A stretch of 44,254 nucleotides of DNA, taken from the UHGV virus genome UHGV-1376702; one strand, given 5' to 3'. The DNA is from a virus. Within the stretch, counting starts at the first letter, position 1; every line of letters begins with the position of its first letter. The notes below the pieces were generated by a model. The model was not told the origin of the DNA. It saw only the letters and a program-made list of their open reading frames with translations, and did not search any database. The translations under genes were made by a program, and so were the position numbers. Positions 35,127-44,254 of this stretch are shown here, in pieces.

Positions 35127-37487
35127 ATGGCGCGATCATTAGAAGGTACTATTCAGAGCTTGCTGCAGGGCGTTTCCCAGCAGGTTCCGAGAGAGCGCCA
35201 ACCAGGACAACTGGGGGCGCAGCTGAACATGCTCAGCGACCCGGTTTCCGGTATCCGCCGCAGACCCCCGGGTGAGATTGTCTGGGAAAGCACGATTGAT
35301 AATCCAGGGCTTGATTCCCTGTTCACTGAATACGTAGAGCGTGGAACTGACGGCAGGCACCTGCTGATTAACACCAGCAACGGTAACTGGTGGTTACTGG
35401 CTAAGAATGGAAAGACCATCCTTAACTCCGGAAAAGACCCGTACTTTATTACCACCGTGGGTCAGACCTCTTTGCAGACCGCGAGTATTGCTGGACTGAC
35501 TTATATCCTGAATACGGAGATGGCCCCGAACACAACCGTGGACAATACGGGGCGTATTGACCCAGGCACCACTGGGTTCTTCTACGTTAAATCTGCAGCA
35601 TTCCAGAAACGCTGGAACATCACTGTTACATCTGCCGGGGTAGATTACTCCGGGGACTACACCGCCCCAGCTGCTGGCAGTACCAGTGGTAACGCTGAGG
35701 AGGTATCAGGTGCCTACGTTGCTCAGCAGCTGCGAGACTCTCTTGTAGCGAATGGATTGCCAGCTGGGAACGTTAGCGTACGCGGCGCATACTTGTTCTT
35801 CTATGGGTTGAGCAACTGTGTGGTATCCTCCGACGCTGGCGATACTTATGCTGGGGTATCCAACCAGTCTCGTGTAGACCAGGAGCAGGACCTACCTGCA
35901 CAGCTCCCAGCGCAAGCTGACGGGGCGATGTGTCGTGTAGGTGCAGCCTCGTCTGAGACAGCGTGGTACCAGTTCAGCTACAGCACCCGCACCTGGTCTG
36001 AGGTGGGAGCGTACGGCAGCATCACCAAGATTACGAACATGCCCCGAGAGCTTGCTGCAGATGACAACATTATTGCGCGGGATTGGGAGGGGCGTTTAGC
36101 TGGTAACGACGACAATAACAGCGACCCCGGATTCGTGGAGAATGGATACATCACCGGCATTGCAGCTTTCCAGGGCCGCTTGGTTCTGCTTAGTGGTAGC
36201 TCCGTGGATATGTCTGCCTCAGGTCTGTACCAGCGCTTCTACCGCTCCACTGTGACGTCTCTGCTGGATACGGACCGTATCAGCATTAGCTCTGCGTCTG
36301 CACAGGATTCTGTGTATCGTACCGCTGTGCAGTTCAACCGGGACTTGGTCCTGTTTGCTAACAGCATGCAGGCGGTTGTGCCGGGTTCAGCGGTACTCAC
36401 CCCCACTAACGCAAGTATTAGCATCACCAGCACCTACGAGTGTGATAGCCGTGTGACTCCGGTAATGGCGGGGCAGACGGTAATCTACCCGAATAAGCGC
36501 AACAACAACTACGCGGGTATACTGGAGCTAATCCCATCACCTTACACCGCGGCACAGTACACTACACAGGATGCCACGGTGCACCTACCCCGGTATATCC
36601 CAGGCAGGGTATTGCAGATGCAAAACTCCAGTGTCACCAATATGGCCTTCTCGCGCATGTCTGGAGAGCGTAATAGCCTGCTGGTCTATGAGTTTATGTG
36701 GGGTGGGAGTGATGGTGCTAAGATGCAAGCGTCGTGGCATAAATGGACGTTCCCATATCCAATCCTGAGCGTGCAGGCGCTGGAGGATGAGGTGTTCTTG
36801 TATATACAAGGGCCCAGTCCCAGCAACAAGCTTTTGATTGTGTCTATGGACCCGCGTGAAGGTTATCAGCTGGGTTCGGAGTACCGCGAAGCCTACTCGG
36901 ATTTGCAGAAGCAAGTTCAAGTGCAGGATGGGGTGTTTACTGTTCCGGCGGTACTGCGCCCCGTCGGGTGGGCTGACCGTTACAAGGAAGAGCTTATCTT
37001 AACGTACCTACCCAGCAACCCTATGGGGCCTACTGAGGTTGGCATCAAGGAGATTGCCGGGGAGAACACCCTACGGGTTGTGCGCGGCGTACCTGATGGC
37101 ACTTATGTAATCGGGAGACGTTACCGTAGTACGTTCACGCTAACTACGCCTATTCTACGGGACCAGAATGACAAGCTCGTGGGGAGTGGACATGTGCGCC
37201 TGCTGCGTCTGGACGTGGCAGTACGTAACTCTGGGCACTTCGATGTACAGGTACTAGACACCCCTCGGGACGTCAATTGGGGTGGGGAGCTAACTGGTAT
37301 CCTGATGAACTCAAAGGAGCTGACGCTTGGGCAGGCCCTGCGTATGGACCTGGCTACGATTACCGTGCCATGTCGTACCAACGCAGACACAACCGAGGTG
37401 TCACTATTTACTGACGGTTCTATGGAACTGAACGTGTTGGATATATCGTACATCCTGCGCTACAACCAACGCAGACGGAGGATTTAA
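35127..37487 (+). CDS. tail tubular protein B (T7 gp12-like)
   Basis: 786 aa; size and position after tail tube A match gp12-type nozzle protein. Confidence 0.8.
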   Translation: MARSLEGTIQSLLQGVSQQVPRERQPGQLGAQLNMLSDPVSGIRRRPPGEIVWESTIDNPGLDSLFTEYVERGTDGRHLLINTSNGNWWLLAKNGKTILNSGKDPYFITTVGQTSLQTASIAGLTYILNTEMAPNTTVDNTGRIDPGTTGFFYVKSAAFQKRWNITVTSAGVDYSGDYTAPAAGSTSGNAEEVSGAYVAQQLRDSLVANGLPAGNVSVRGAYLFFYGLSNCVVSSDAGDTYAGVSNQSRVDQEQDLPAQLPAQADGAMCRVGAASSETAWYQFSYSTRTWSEVGAYGSITKITNMPRELAADDNIIARDWEGRLAGNDDNNSDPGFVENGYITGIAAFQGRLVLLSGSSVDMSASGLYQRFYRSTVTSLLDTDRISISSASAQDSVYRTAVQFNRDLVLFANSMQAVVPGSAVLTPTNASISITSTYECDSRVTPVMAGQTVIYPNKRNNNYAGILELIPSPYTAAQYTTQDATVHLPRYIPGRVLQMQNSSVTNMAFSRMSGERNSLLVYEFMWGGSDGAKMQASWHKWTFPYPILSVQALEDEVFLYIQGPSPSNKLLIVSMDPREGYQLGSEYREAYSDLQKQVQVQDGVFTVPAVLRPVGWADRYKEELILTYLPSNPMGPTEVGIKEIAGENTLRVVRGVPDGTYVIGRRYRSTFTLTTPILRDQNDKLVGSGHVRLLRLDVAVRNSGHFDVQVLDTPRDVNWGGELTGILMNSKELTLGQALRMDLATITVPCRTNADTTEVSLFTDGSMELNVLDISYILRYNQRRRRI

Positions 37488-37488
37488 T

Positions 37489-38076
37489 ATGTGGTGGATG
37501 GTTGCGGCCATGGCCGCTAAGACCGTTCTGGGGCAGGGTGCTCAGATTGAAGTGTCCAAGGCCAGGAACAAGGCTGTGATTCAACAGACAGCCAAACAGC
37601 TAAACGACATCGCGCTACAGCGCGCCCAGTCCAGGGACCGGACTGAGGTGTCTCTGTTTAACATTCAGCAGCAGAAGCTGCAAGCACAGAGCCAAGTGGG
37701 ACTACAAGCAGCAGCCTCCGGTACTATGGGGGCCTCTGTTAAAGACGCCGTAGCCACAGTGAACACTGTAGCCGGGCGACAAGAGGCCAGCGTACGTGAC
37801 CAGCAGGCAACTCAGGAAGAGGGTTTCCGTCTAATGACGGACAAGGCCGTGGACAGCGGCCTGGCTAACATGGACATGGAGGACCCCTACGATAACATGT
37901 TTAACTCATTGCTGAGTGTTGGGGCATCTGCCGTTGGACAGTACGCTGGTAACGCTGCGTCGTCTACTGACTCTGGTAGCTCAACACCCGGAAGTGGTGC
38001 AGCGGCTACTCAGAACATGGCGTCCTCCTATGATTTATGGGGGAGCAAAGGTAACAGCTCAGTTCATACGTGGTAA
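37489..38076 (+). CDS. internal virion protein (gp14-like)
   Basis: 195 aa; hydrophobic N-terminus (MWWMVAAMAAKTVL); first of three consecutive internal-core genes. Confidence 0.6.
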   Translation: MWWMVAAMAAKTVLGQGAQIEVSKARNKAVIQQTAKQLNDIALQRAQSRDRTEVSLFNIQQQKLQAQSQVGLQAAASGTMGASVKDAVATVNTVAGRQEASVRDQQATQEEGFRLMTDKAVDSGLANMDMEDPYDNMFNSLLSVGASAVGQYAGNAASSTDSGSSTPGSGAAATQNMASSYDLWGSKGNSSVHTW

Positions 38077-38093
38077 CTTAAGAGGAATGTCAA

Positions 38094-40778
38094 ATGCCTG
38101 TGATTCAACCCAGTAGACAGGGGTTAAATATCGGAGGAGTGCAACTGCAGTCCAACGATGTTAGCTTACCGTCAACGGTAAGTGAGGTGTCTGTTGATAC
38201 CTCCAAAGCAAAACGCCTAGCTGCCCTGTCAGGGTTCGTGCAGGACTTCGGCGTAGGGTTTGACGAAGCAGTAAAAGAAAACGCTGCAGCCGCCACGGTG
38301 CGCGGCGCAATGGATGCCCAGGGCGCAGTAGATGCAATGGCTTCCAAAGATGAGGCTGTACAGAAGCAGAACATCTTCGTACGCGAGGCCTATCAGGATG
38401 GCTACGTATCCGCCGCTGCATACGACTCTCTAGCCAAATGGCGCACGGATAGCATCGCACGAGCTAAGAAAGCTGCTGAGTCTGGTCTGACTGACGAGGA
38501 GTTCCAGCAGCAAGAGCAAGAGCACGTACAGTCAATGGCAGACAAGCTCGGGATGTATCTCCCGGACATGTCCAAACAGTCTGCCACGAATATACTGCAG
38601 CAGCTCCGTGCTACGAGCATGGCGAACTATACAGCCTTCCAGAAAGGGCGCGCGGCGTTTGCCGTGGCTCAGGCTGACCGCGCACTTGACCGTGGCCTCA
38701 GCTCGTCCAGTGATGAGTTCTATCAGCGTCTACAGGCAGGACAGGGTGCCGCCGCGCAGATGTCTATCAAGACCGGCTTAGACAGCATCCTGGCTGCTGA
38801 GCACCTGGACAAGAGCAAGAAGCTGGACCGGGCCAAGCAGTATCTGGTCAGCGTAGCGCAGCAGACTCAGGACCCGCTGGTAATCAACCAGCTGCAAGGA
38901 CTGGCTACCAAGGAACTCGGGGTTAACTCAGTGGACGTCAACGCGGCTCTGTATCAGGAGTTCAAGCGCGCTGGTGCTCAGATTGAGACGCAGGCCCGTT
39001 TTGAAATCTCTGACACAATCTCTTCCTTAGAGGGGCAGACTCCTGAGCAGCAGGAACAGACTATGGCGCGCATTCGTAGTCGTGTCATTGAGCTGTCGGC
39101 ATCGGACGTGCTCAGCGCTGGAACCAGCATGGAGTTCTGGAACAAGGCCCAGACCATTCGTGAGAAGGCAGCGGACACCCAGGCATTGCGCACAGCGATT
39201 ACTGGGAACATGCCAAGCTCCACCCTGGCGGGGATGTACAAGGGGGACCTGGGTAAGGCTCGCAGCGAGCTGCTCAAGAGCTTTCCGGATACCCCGGAAG
39301 GGAACCTGCAGCTGCTGGCATACGGAAGCAACAGCAAGGATGCGTGGGCCGTCAACGAGGCGCACAAGCGTATGTCTTCGGACATGGCACGTACACTGAC
39401 TACGCTGGACCAGCTCGGTGAGGACGGTGAGGTTTCCCGTGAGAACGTCAGCAGCATCAACTTGTGGGCACAGGCTTATAGTACCAGTACGGACTTAGGT
39501 AAGATGGCGCTGCTGTCTGAGGTACCGTCTGAGTGGCAGGGGGTGGTGCAGAAAGCTATCGCACAAAACCCGAGCAATGCCAGCGATACTATTTTGGATG
39601 ACCTGCGCCGCCAGGCACGTAACAAGGCCAGTGGGCGCTACAGCAATATCCAGAGTAACCCAACTGACAAGATGGTGGACCCTAGTGGCACCAGCAACTG
39701 GTTCAGTTTCTTCGGTGATGCCGACGCTCAGCGCCAGGAAGCGCGCGCTGCTATGGAAGAGGAGTATCGTTATACGTACAGCCGCAATCCGGAATCTCTG
39801 GTAGGTAAGGATGCTGAGGACATCAACACGATGCTCAAAGGCAACATCCAAGCCCGTAAGCTGGAGCTGGAGATTGCAGGCACACCGAGGCACGTGTATC
39901 TGCCTGCAGGTACCTCTCTGCAGTCTATCATGGGCGACTACAAGGGCGACCAGGAGCAGTTCAAGGCTACTCTGCAACAGCAGATTCAAAACCAAGTCCA
40001 GGCCATCACCGACCCCAGCAACATGGAACGTGTAGTGGTGCAGGCTGCCACAGCAGGCAACGCGGGTCAGAACATGACCGTAACCGTGTTCGACAAGAAG
40101 GGCACATTCCAGACTATGTCTGTGAACCTCCGTGACGTTCAGGCTACTGCGCAGGCTGCGTACGATTCGGCACTGGCTGGGGATATGAAGATTGGCAGCG
40201 AGCAAGTGGGCGTACGTCCTGCCACCTTCTACGACCACGACAATGGGCGCGCTGTCAGCGTACAGGTCAACGGTCGTAACGCGGTGGGGCTGGAACCATC
40301 GCTGTTTAGTGACATCCTCGCCACCACTATGAAGTTCGAAGGGTTCCGAGAAGGCAAGGGCAGGGGTAGCGTAGGCTTCGGTCTGCACGTTAACTCGGGC
40401 ATGCCTGTCCCTCAGAAAGTAACCATTGACGACGGTATCAGTATCCTTAAATCCTCTATGGAGAGGCAGTACGTTCCGAACGTGCAGAAGCAACTCAAGG
40501 GGCAGGGTTTGAATGCCTCCGATGAGGCGTTAAAGGTTATGGTGGACCTGAACTATCACGGTGGTAACGGTAGCTCTGGTCCTGTAGCAGAGGCGATGGC
40601 ACAGGTACGTAAGGCTGCCAAGTCCCCGGTGGGGGCGTATCAGTATCCTGTATCTGAGGCCCAGGGTAGGGCTTGGCAAGCGCTGAGGAATACCCCGGCG
40701 TACAAGCAGGCCCAACCTGAGCGTAAGAAGTACCTGGAACAAAACCTACGTGATTGGCTCTTTGAGGCAACACACTAA
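38094..40778 (+). CDS. internal virion protein with C-terminal lysozyme-like domain (gp15-like)
   Basis: 894 aa; helical Gln/Ala-rich body; C-terminal segment MKFEGFREGKGRGSVGFGLHV resembles a lysozyme-type E...G..G.G core (inference). Confidence 0.65.
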   Translation: MPVIQPSRQGLNIGGVQLQSNDVSLPSTVSEVSVDTSKAKRLAALSGFVQDFGVGFDEAVKENAAAATVRGAMDAQGAVDAMASKDEAVQKQNIFVREAYQDGYVSAAAYDSLAKWRTDSIARAKKAAESGLTDEEFQQQEQEHVQSMADKLGMYLPDMSKQSATNILQQLRATSMANYTAFQKGRAAFAVAQADRALDRGLSSSSDEFYQRLQAGQGAAAQMSIKTGLDSILAAEHLDKSKKLDRAKQYLVSVAQQTQDPLVINQLQGLATKELGVNSVDVNAALYQEFKRAGAQIETQARFEISDTISSLEGQTPEQQEQTMARIRSRVIELSASDVLSAGTSMEFWNKAQTIREKAADTQALRTAITGNMPSSTLAGMYKGDLGKARSELLKSFPDTPEGNLQLLAYGSNSKDAWAVNEAHKRMSSDMARTLTTLDQLGEDGEVSRENVSSINLWAQAYSTSTDLGKMALLSEVPSEWQGVVQKAIAQNPSNASDTILDDLRRQARNKASGRYSNIQSNPTDKMVDPSGTSNWFSFFGDADAQRQEARAAMEEEYRYTYSRNPESLVGKDAEDINTMLKGNIQARKLELEIAGTPRHVYLPAGTSLQSIMGDYKGDQEQFKATLQQQIQNQVQAITDPSNMERVVVQAATAGNAGQNMTVTVFDKKGTFQTMSVNLRDVQATAQAAYDSALAGDMKIGSEQVGVRPATFYDHDNGRAVSVQVNGRNAVGLEPSLFSDILATTMKFEGFREGKGRGSVGFGLHVNSGMPVPQKVTIDDGISILKSSMERQYVPNVQKQLKGQGLNASDEALKVMVDLNYHGGNGSSGPVAEAMAQVRKAAKSPVGAYQYPVSEAQGRAWQALRNTPAYKQAQPERKKYLEQNLRDWLFEATH

Positions 40779-40828
40779 CTAGAGGCCCTCCGGGGCCTCC
40801 CCTTATCAAAATTCTTTTAGGAGATATT

Positions 40829-43800
40829 ATGGCTCAGTTTCTGAACCAAGAACCGAATCCACAGGAAAAGGATTCTGCTAAGGGCGCAACACTTAAACCT
40901 GCGCCTGAGCGCGTAGATTGGAACGATGCCGGAGACAACGGCTTAAACGCACTGGAGCGTGCCTCCTTACTGGCGCAGGCCAAGACCCCAGCTACTACAG
41001 CCGGGGAGAGCTTTGCGTCTGGTATGGGTAACAGCATCATCGCCGCAGCTATCCGTAAGGCCTCTGCCCCGGCATTTGACCGGGACCAGAACTTTAACGC
41101 CAAGCAGACTCTGAGCAGCGATACCAGGGCTAAGCTGTATGCTCCGAATCAGGAAGAGATTGAGTACCTGCACGACTCTGTATCGGTCGAGGATTACAAC
41201 TACCGCATGCAGCAGATGCTTGAGCAACGCAACCGTGACCGCTTAATGGCTGACAACACGGTAGCCGGGTTCGCGGGTATGTTGGTGGGTGATTCTCCGT
41301 TCATCCTGGCCCCGATGTCTGCCGCTGGTATTGCTGGCCGCGCAGGCTTAGCTGCACGGACTGCTATCCGCGCTGCTGACGTAGGCTCCGCATTCTATGC
41401 GCAGGACCAACTGGGCCAGTCTGCTGCGGTAACTGCACTGGTAGCGGGCGTAGCTGGGTTGGACCAGCTCTGGGATATGTCTAGGGCTGCTAAAGCTGCT
41501 GCTAAGGCTCGTACTGGGCGTGAGCCTATGTTCGACCCAGAAGCGCCTACAACTCGTACAGCGAGGGACGCTAATGTTACAGGAGTAGGAGAGGGAGAGG
41601 AAATTCTCACTAAGACACTGGGTGAAAGCATCCAAGTATCGAGAAACAATACCGCCTCCGTGAACATGAAAGCACAGCACGTAGTTCAGTTCTTGAAGAA
41701 GTCTGAGCACTTGACAGCAGGACAGAAGGCTATTCTGGACACGCTGGGCGATGCTGTAAATGACATTGATTTTAAACTGGTAGCAGGCTCCGCAAACCGT
41801 AGCCGCTACACTTACGCACAACAAGATTTAGCTAAGCGTGGAGAGATATCCCTGCGCGCGCCTAAGCAAGCTAACGGCAGCACCTGGACTACAGTCGGTG
41901 ATGCGCTGCGCGCTATGGATGCAGATACAAGCAAGGTGGCCGTGCACGAACTGATTCATGCCGCTACTGCGCGCGCCATTGACAGTAATCCCGAGATTGC
42001 TAAACGCCTGGAGGAAGTGCGCGCTGTTATTGCAGCTGACTCCACCCTGACACCGCGTATGCGGTATTACGCAAGTAATGTGCATGAGATGCTGGCAGGT
42101 TTAGGCGACAGCCCTGAGTGGGTTGAGCACCTGGCACGTACGCAGTCTCCCACCGGTAAGAGCATGCTCCGCCAACTGGGTGAGTACATCATGAATGCCT
42201 TGGGCATCAAAGCCAAGGGCTCTGCCTTGGAGGATGTCCTGGATGCGTATGAGGACGCAGTTAAGTGGACCGCTAAGGATTATGCAGACCAAGCCCAGAG
42301 CTTCCGTAGCGAAGCCTTCCAGGACCTGGCGGGCAGCACCACCCTCAATGAGGCTAAGAGCGCCCAAGCTATGCTGGACGGCGCCAAGAAGAAGCTCTCC
42401 ACTATGTTTGCCCTGTACGATAATATCGCTCAAGGCAACGAAGACTTGGCTAAACTGCTAGTGTCGGATGCGTCCGCAGTAGGCGGCCGTCGCCCGTCAG
42501 TGGTAGACTACAAGCGTAACCTCACTTTGGAGATGGATGCTCGCGCCAGCGTAGTGGAAGATGCTATCCTGGGTGCGTTGAAGGATAAGGGTGTAGGGGT
42601 GCTCTCACGCTTCTTCCATCGTAGTAATTTCCGCGCTGAGCGGGCTGCGCTGGAAGACCGCCTGAGTAAGTACCTGGATGCTGCCTACAGCGCTGACGTA
42701 AACGGTCGCGCTGTTCCGGTACCGGATGCAGAGATTGCTCCGCTGGTTGATGCCTATCATCGCTCTGGCTGGGCTAGCAAGTGGCATGATCACATGACCG
42801 CTGCTGGCTTGGTGGATGATGGTGCGTTGGTTAAATCCGACTACTACTTCCCGCGCCAGTACAGCTACGACAAGATGCGCCAAGGTATCGCACAGGGTAA
42901 CACTCTGGATGACTACCGCGCCCTGTTCCGGTCCGCCCTGCGGGACGTGTACCCGAGCATGGAGTCAGAGGTAGTGCAGCGTGTTGCTAAGGAGATGGTT
43001 GACGGTATCTACAACGGCCGTGCTGGGCAGTCTGGTCCTATGTGGAAGCAGCTGATTAACGGTATGGGTAACGACGAGGTCGTTATGGCTATGCGTAGCG
43101 CTGGTGTAGAAGAGTCTGCAATCCAGAGCTTCCTGGCTGGTAACGTACGAGAATCCGGCAGCACATCCCCTGCGCGGAACCTGCGTCAGCGTACTCGGTT
43201 CAACATGGACAAAGAGTACCTGATTAACGGAAAGAGCATGCGCATGCAGGACCTGATGGATACTGACGTAGCCAAGGTTATGCACGGGTACACTAACCGT
43301 ATGTCTGGACGTGTAGGCATGGCCTATGCAGGCGTACAGGACCTGGGGCAGCTCGCTAAGATGATTGATGAGTCTAAGCACGCACTGGCGGATTCCGCTA
43401 AGTGGGAGAAGACCGTTAATGACACCATCGACTTTATCCTGGGCGGGGCACCTGCTGACGCCGGGCAGCTTCCGGACTTGCTGCGAGCAGCTGGGAACAT
43501 GGCTAACGCTACCATGCTTAAGAACTCCGGCCTGTATCAGCTGACTGATACTGCTCTGGCTATGAAGGAGTTCGGTATGGCTAGAGTGCTGCGCAGTATG
43601 CGTGACCAGCCTTGGTTCAAGGAAGGTGCCGTAGCTATCAATACTCCGGATATGGCTGCCCGTCTAGACACCGTGCTGCGAGGCAATATCCAGAAGGAGA
43701 TGCGATTCCGCTGGCTGAATACATACGCTGACGATAACCTGGACCTGACCCGTCAGGCCTCCTGGTTCAACGTCACTCAGAACGTCGGGCAGGCTGCACG

Positions 43801-44254
43801 CCACGTCAACGGCATGAGTATGGTGCACCGGCTGCAGGTTAACCTGAACTCCGGTATTGTGGCGGATGAGCTTACGCAGATGTTCAAGGGCGACGCTGAG
43901 GCGTTTAAGCGTCTGGAGCGTTTTGGGCTTACCCGCGAAATTGCAGACCGTGCTATCGCTGCCAACAAGGCTAACCCTGGCACTATGTTCCAGCCGGACC
44001 TGCAGATGCAAGTTGAGGTTGTAGGTACGCGTATGATGGACTACCTTGTACAGCAGATTCGTACTGGAGAGACCTCGCACTTTGCACAGTTCAATCCTAT
44101 CGGCAAAGTCATTGTAGGGTACCAGAGCTTCGCACTGGCTGCCACTAACAAGATTCTGCGTAGAGAGTTGAACGATGCTGGGTGGATTGGTGTGGCCCAC
44201 ATTATGGCGTACCAGTTCCCGTTGATGCTGCTGGCTACTATGGCTAAGCACAGC
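40829..44254 (+). CDS. large internal virion / ejection protein (gp16-like), 3'-truncated by window end
   Basis: ATG 40829 after RBS AGGAGA; ORF stays open for 1142 codons to the end of the window; together with 1..273 it would give about 1232 aa, typical of T7 gp16-class proteins. Confidence 0.7.
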   Translation, partial: MAQFLNQEPNPQEKDSAKGATLKPAPERVDWNDAGDNGLNALERASLLAQAKTPATTAGESFASGMGNSIIAAAIRKASAPAFDRDQNFNAKQTLSSDTRAKLYAPNQEEIEYLHDSVSVEDYNYRMQQMLEQRNRDRLMADNTVAGFAGMLVGDSPFILAPMSAAGIAGRAGLAARTAIRAADVGSAFYAQDQLGQSAAVTALVAGVAGLDQLWDMSRAAKAAAKARTGREPMFDPEAPTTRTARDANVTGVGEGEEILTKTLGESIQVSRNNTASVNMKAQHVVQFLKKSEHLTAGQKAILDTLGDAVNDIDFKLVAGSANRSRYTYAQQDLAKRGEISLRAPKQANGSTWTTVGDALRAMDADTSKVAVHELIHAATARAIDSNPEIAKRLEEVRAVIAADSTLTPRMRYYASNVHEMLAGLGDSPEWVEHLARTQSPTGKSMLRQLGEYIMNALGIKAKGSALEDVLDAYEDAVKWTAKDYADQAQSFRSEAFQDLAGSTTLNEAKSAQAMLDGAKKKLSTMFALYDNIAQGNEDLAKLLVSDASAVGGRRPSVVDYKRNLTLEMDARASVVEDAILGALKDKGVGVLSRFFHRSNFRAERAALEDRLSKYLDAAYSADVNGRAVPVPDAEIAPLVDAYHRSGWASKWHDHMTAAGLVDDGALVKSDYYFPRQYSYDKMRQGIAQGNTLDDYRALFRSALRDVYPSMESEVVQRVAKEMVDGIYNGRAGQSGPMWKQLINGMGNDEVVMAMRSAGVEESAIQSFLAGNVRESGSTSPARNLRQRTRFNMDKEYLINGKSMRMQDLMDTDVAKVMHGYTNRMSGRVGMAYAGVQDLGQLAKMIDESKHALADSAKWEKTVNDTIDFILGGAPADAGQLPDLLRAAGNMANATMLKNSGLYQLTDTALAMKEFGMARVLRSMRDQPWFKEGAVAINTPDMAARLDTVLRGNIQKEMRFRWLNTYADDNLDLTRQASWFNVTQNVGQAARHVNGMSMVHRLQVNLNSGIVADELTQMFKGDAEAFKRLERFGLTREIADRAIAANKANPGTMFQPDLQMQVEVVGTRMMDYLVQQIRTGETSHFAQFNPIGKVIVGYQSFALAATNKILRRELNDAGWIGVAHIMAYQFPLMLLATMAKHS
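41572..41591 (+). promoter_or_regulatory. conserved motif copy 3 (TAATGTTACAGGAGTAGGAG); candidate phage-RNAP promoter
   Basis: Identical core inside the gp16-like ORF; in T7, late promoters also lie inside upstream structural genes. Confidence 0.3.

Noticed and set aside
39495-40493. 332-aa minus-strand ORF
   Set aside because: Antisense to the gp15-like internal virion protein gene; no RBS context; every supported gene is on the + strand.

Overview
The window reads as an essentially complete, circularly permuted genome of a T7-supergroup podophage (Autographiviridae-like), with every supported gene on the + strand. The layout is phiKMV/KP34-like; that lineage placement is inference from gene order and motifs read by eye, not from any search. 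Order in window coordinates: (i) a repeat-rich non-coding region at about 7.74-8.53 kb, probably the physical genome end; (ii) early genes 8.5-14.9 kb, mostly unknown, including a 558-aa Cys-cluster protein and a di-zinc metallopeptidase-like protein; (iii) a DNA-metabolism module 14.9-27.1 kb (primase, DnaB-like helicase, family-A DNA polymerase, metallophosphoesterase, 5'-3' exonuclease, endonuclease VII) interrupted by HNH homing-endonuclease genes; (iv) a single-subunit RNA polymerase at 27.2-29.7 kb directly upstream of the structural module (portal, scaffold, capsid, tail tube A/B, three internal virion proteins), which runs off the 3' end and apparently continues in phase at 1-273; (v) tail fibre/adaptor and terminase small and large subunits at 275-3402; (vi) a lysis cassette of unimolecular spanin, pinholin and SAR endolysin at 3970-5210; (vii) a beta-helix tailspike at 5211-7166. 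The most notable non-genic signals are a 17-19-nt sequence present in three identical copies (candidate phage-RNAP promoter), two copies of a hairpin with a compensatory base-pair change in the early region, and a consensus sigma70 promoter followed by about 500 nt without a convincing gene. Coordinates I derived by hand (motifs, refined starts) may be off by 1-2 nt; ORF coordinates follow the supplied track.
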